From assembly GCF_006345805.1 (NCBI RefSeq), contig NC_043009.1, positions 9,858,001 to 9,922,000 of the forward strand: 64,000 bases of DNA, read 5' to 3'. The notes under the pieces are model-generated. The model had not been told where the DNA came from, ran no database searches, and saw nothing but the letters and a program-made list of their open reading frames with translations. Below are positions 63,567-64,000 of this stretch, one piece after another. The DNA is from Octopus sinensis (taxonomy: Eukaryota). Position 1 is the first letter of the stretch. The number at the start of each line of letters is the position of its first letter. The translations under genes were made by a program, and so were the position numbers.

Positions 63567-64000
63567 CTTCATGGTCTCAAGAATTTGTCTTATGAAGAAA
63601 GGCTGAAGACGCTCGACCTTTATTCTCTAGAAAAACGCCGCCACCGTGGTGATCTCATTCTCGCTCACAACATCATAAGCGGAAAGTGTAACCTCTCGAA
63701 AGAGCTGTTCTTCACTCCTGCTCCAGAGCGTCGGCTGCGGGGTCATTCCGAAAAGCTCTATCTGCGACGATTTCATCTCAATCGAAGGAGAGGGGCTTTC
63801 TCCGTCCGGGTTGCGGATCCGTGGAACAAGCTGCCAGACGAGATGGTGAAGATGCCGACGACCGCTTTGTTCAAAGTCTCCCTTGACCTCAAGTGGCCTG
63901 AACTCTTTACATGAACACCACCCTGTACATAACTCCATGTCCCCCTATATGGCCTTGCTTTTTTCTTTTTGAGCCAAAAAATTAACTAACTTAACTAACT
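63567..64000 (+). mobile_element. 5'-truncated CR1-type LINE (ORF2 C-terminus, 3' UTR, (TAAC)n-like tail)
   Basis: GLKNLSYEERLKTLDLYSLEKRRHRGDLI...RGHSEKL...FSVRVADPWNKLP is typical of the CR1/L2-group RT C-terminus. The frame is open to 63914. Confidence 0.88.

Overview
AT-rich, repeat-dense animal genomic DNA. The repeat families and gene point to a coleoid cephalopod, probably Octopus (inference, no search run). One host gene is supported: a minus-strand synaptojanin (SYNJ1-like). Five consecutive coding exons of its N-terminal SAC1-like domain (37230-37144, 19307-19040, 10650-10425, 4265-4182, 2976-2818) splice in frame through GT-AG introns of 1.2-17.8 kb. The ATG exon and the downstream exons were not found in the window. 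The rest is intronic or flanking DNA: four abundant SINE families, Tc1/mariner, piggyBac-, hAT- and Merlin-like DNA elements, non-autonomous Helitrons, a decayed and heavily nested Gypsy LTR element, a CR1-type LINE 3' end and microsatellites. The least expected signal is a set of type I hammerhead-ribozyme folds in at least five unrelated repeat families. These include one fully canonical copy (18542-18633), a tRNA-headed SINE carrying a hammerhead with an inverted tail duplication (about 2096-2580), a copy with a compensatory G3-C8 core swap (59744-59794) and a family with U at core position 6. Three of these sit in or between long inverted repeats, the architecture known for Penelope-like elements and retrozymes. 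No CRISPR array, rRNA or genuine tRNA gene was seen.
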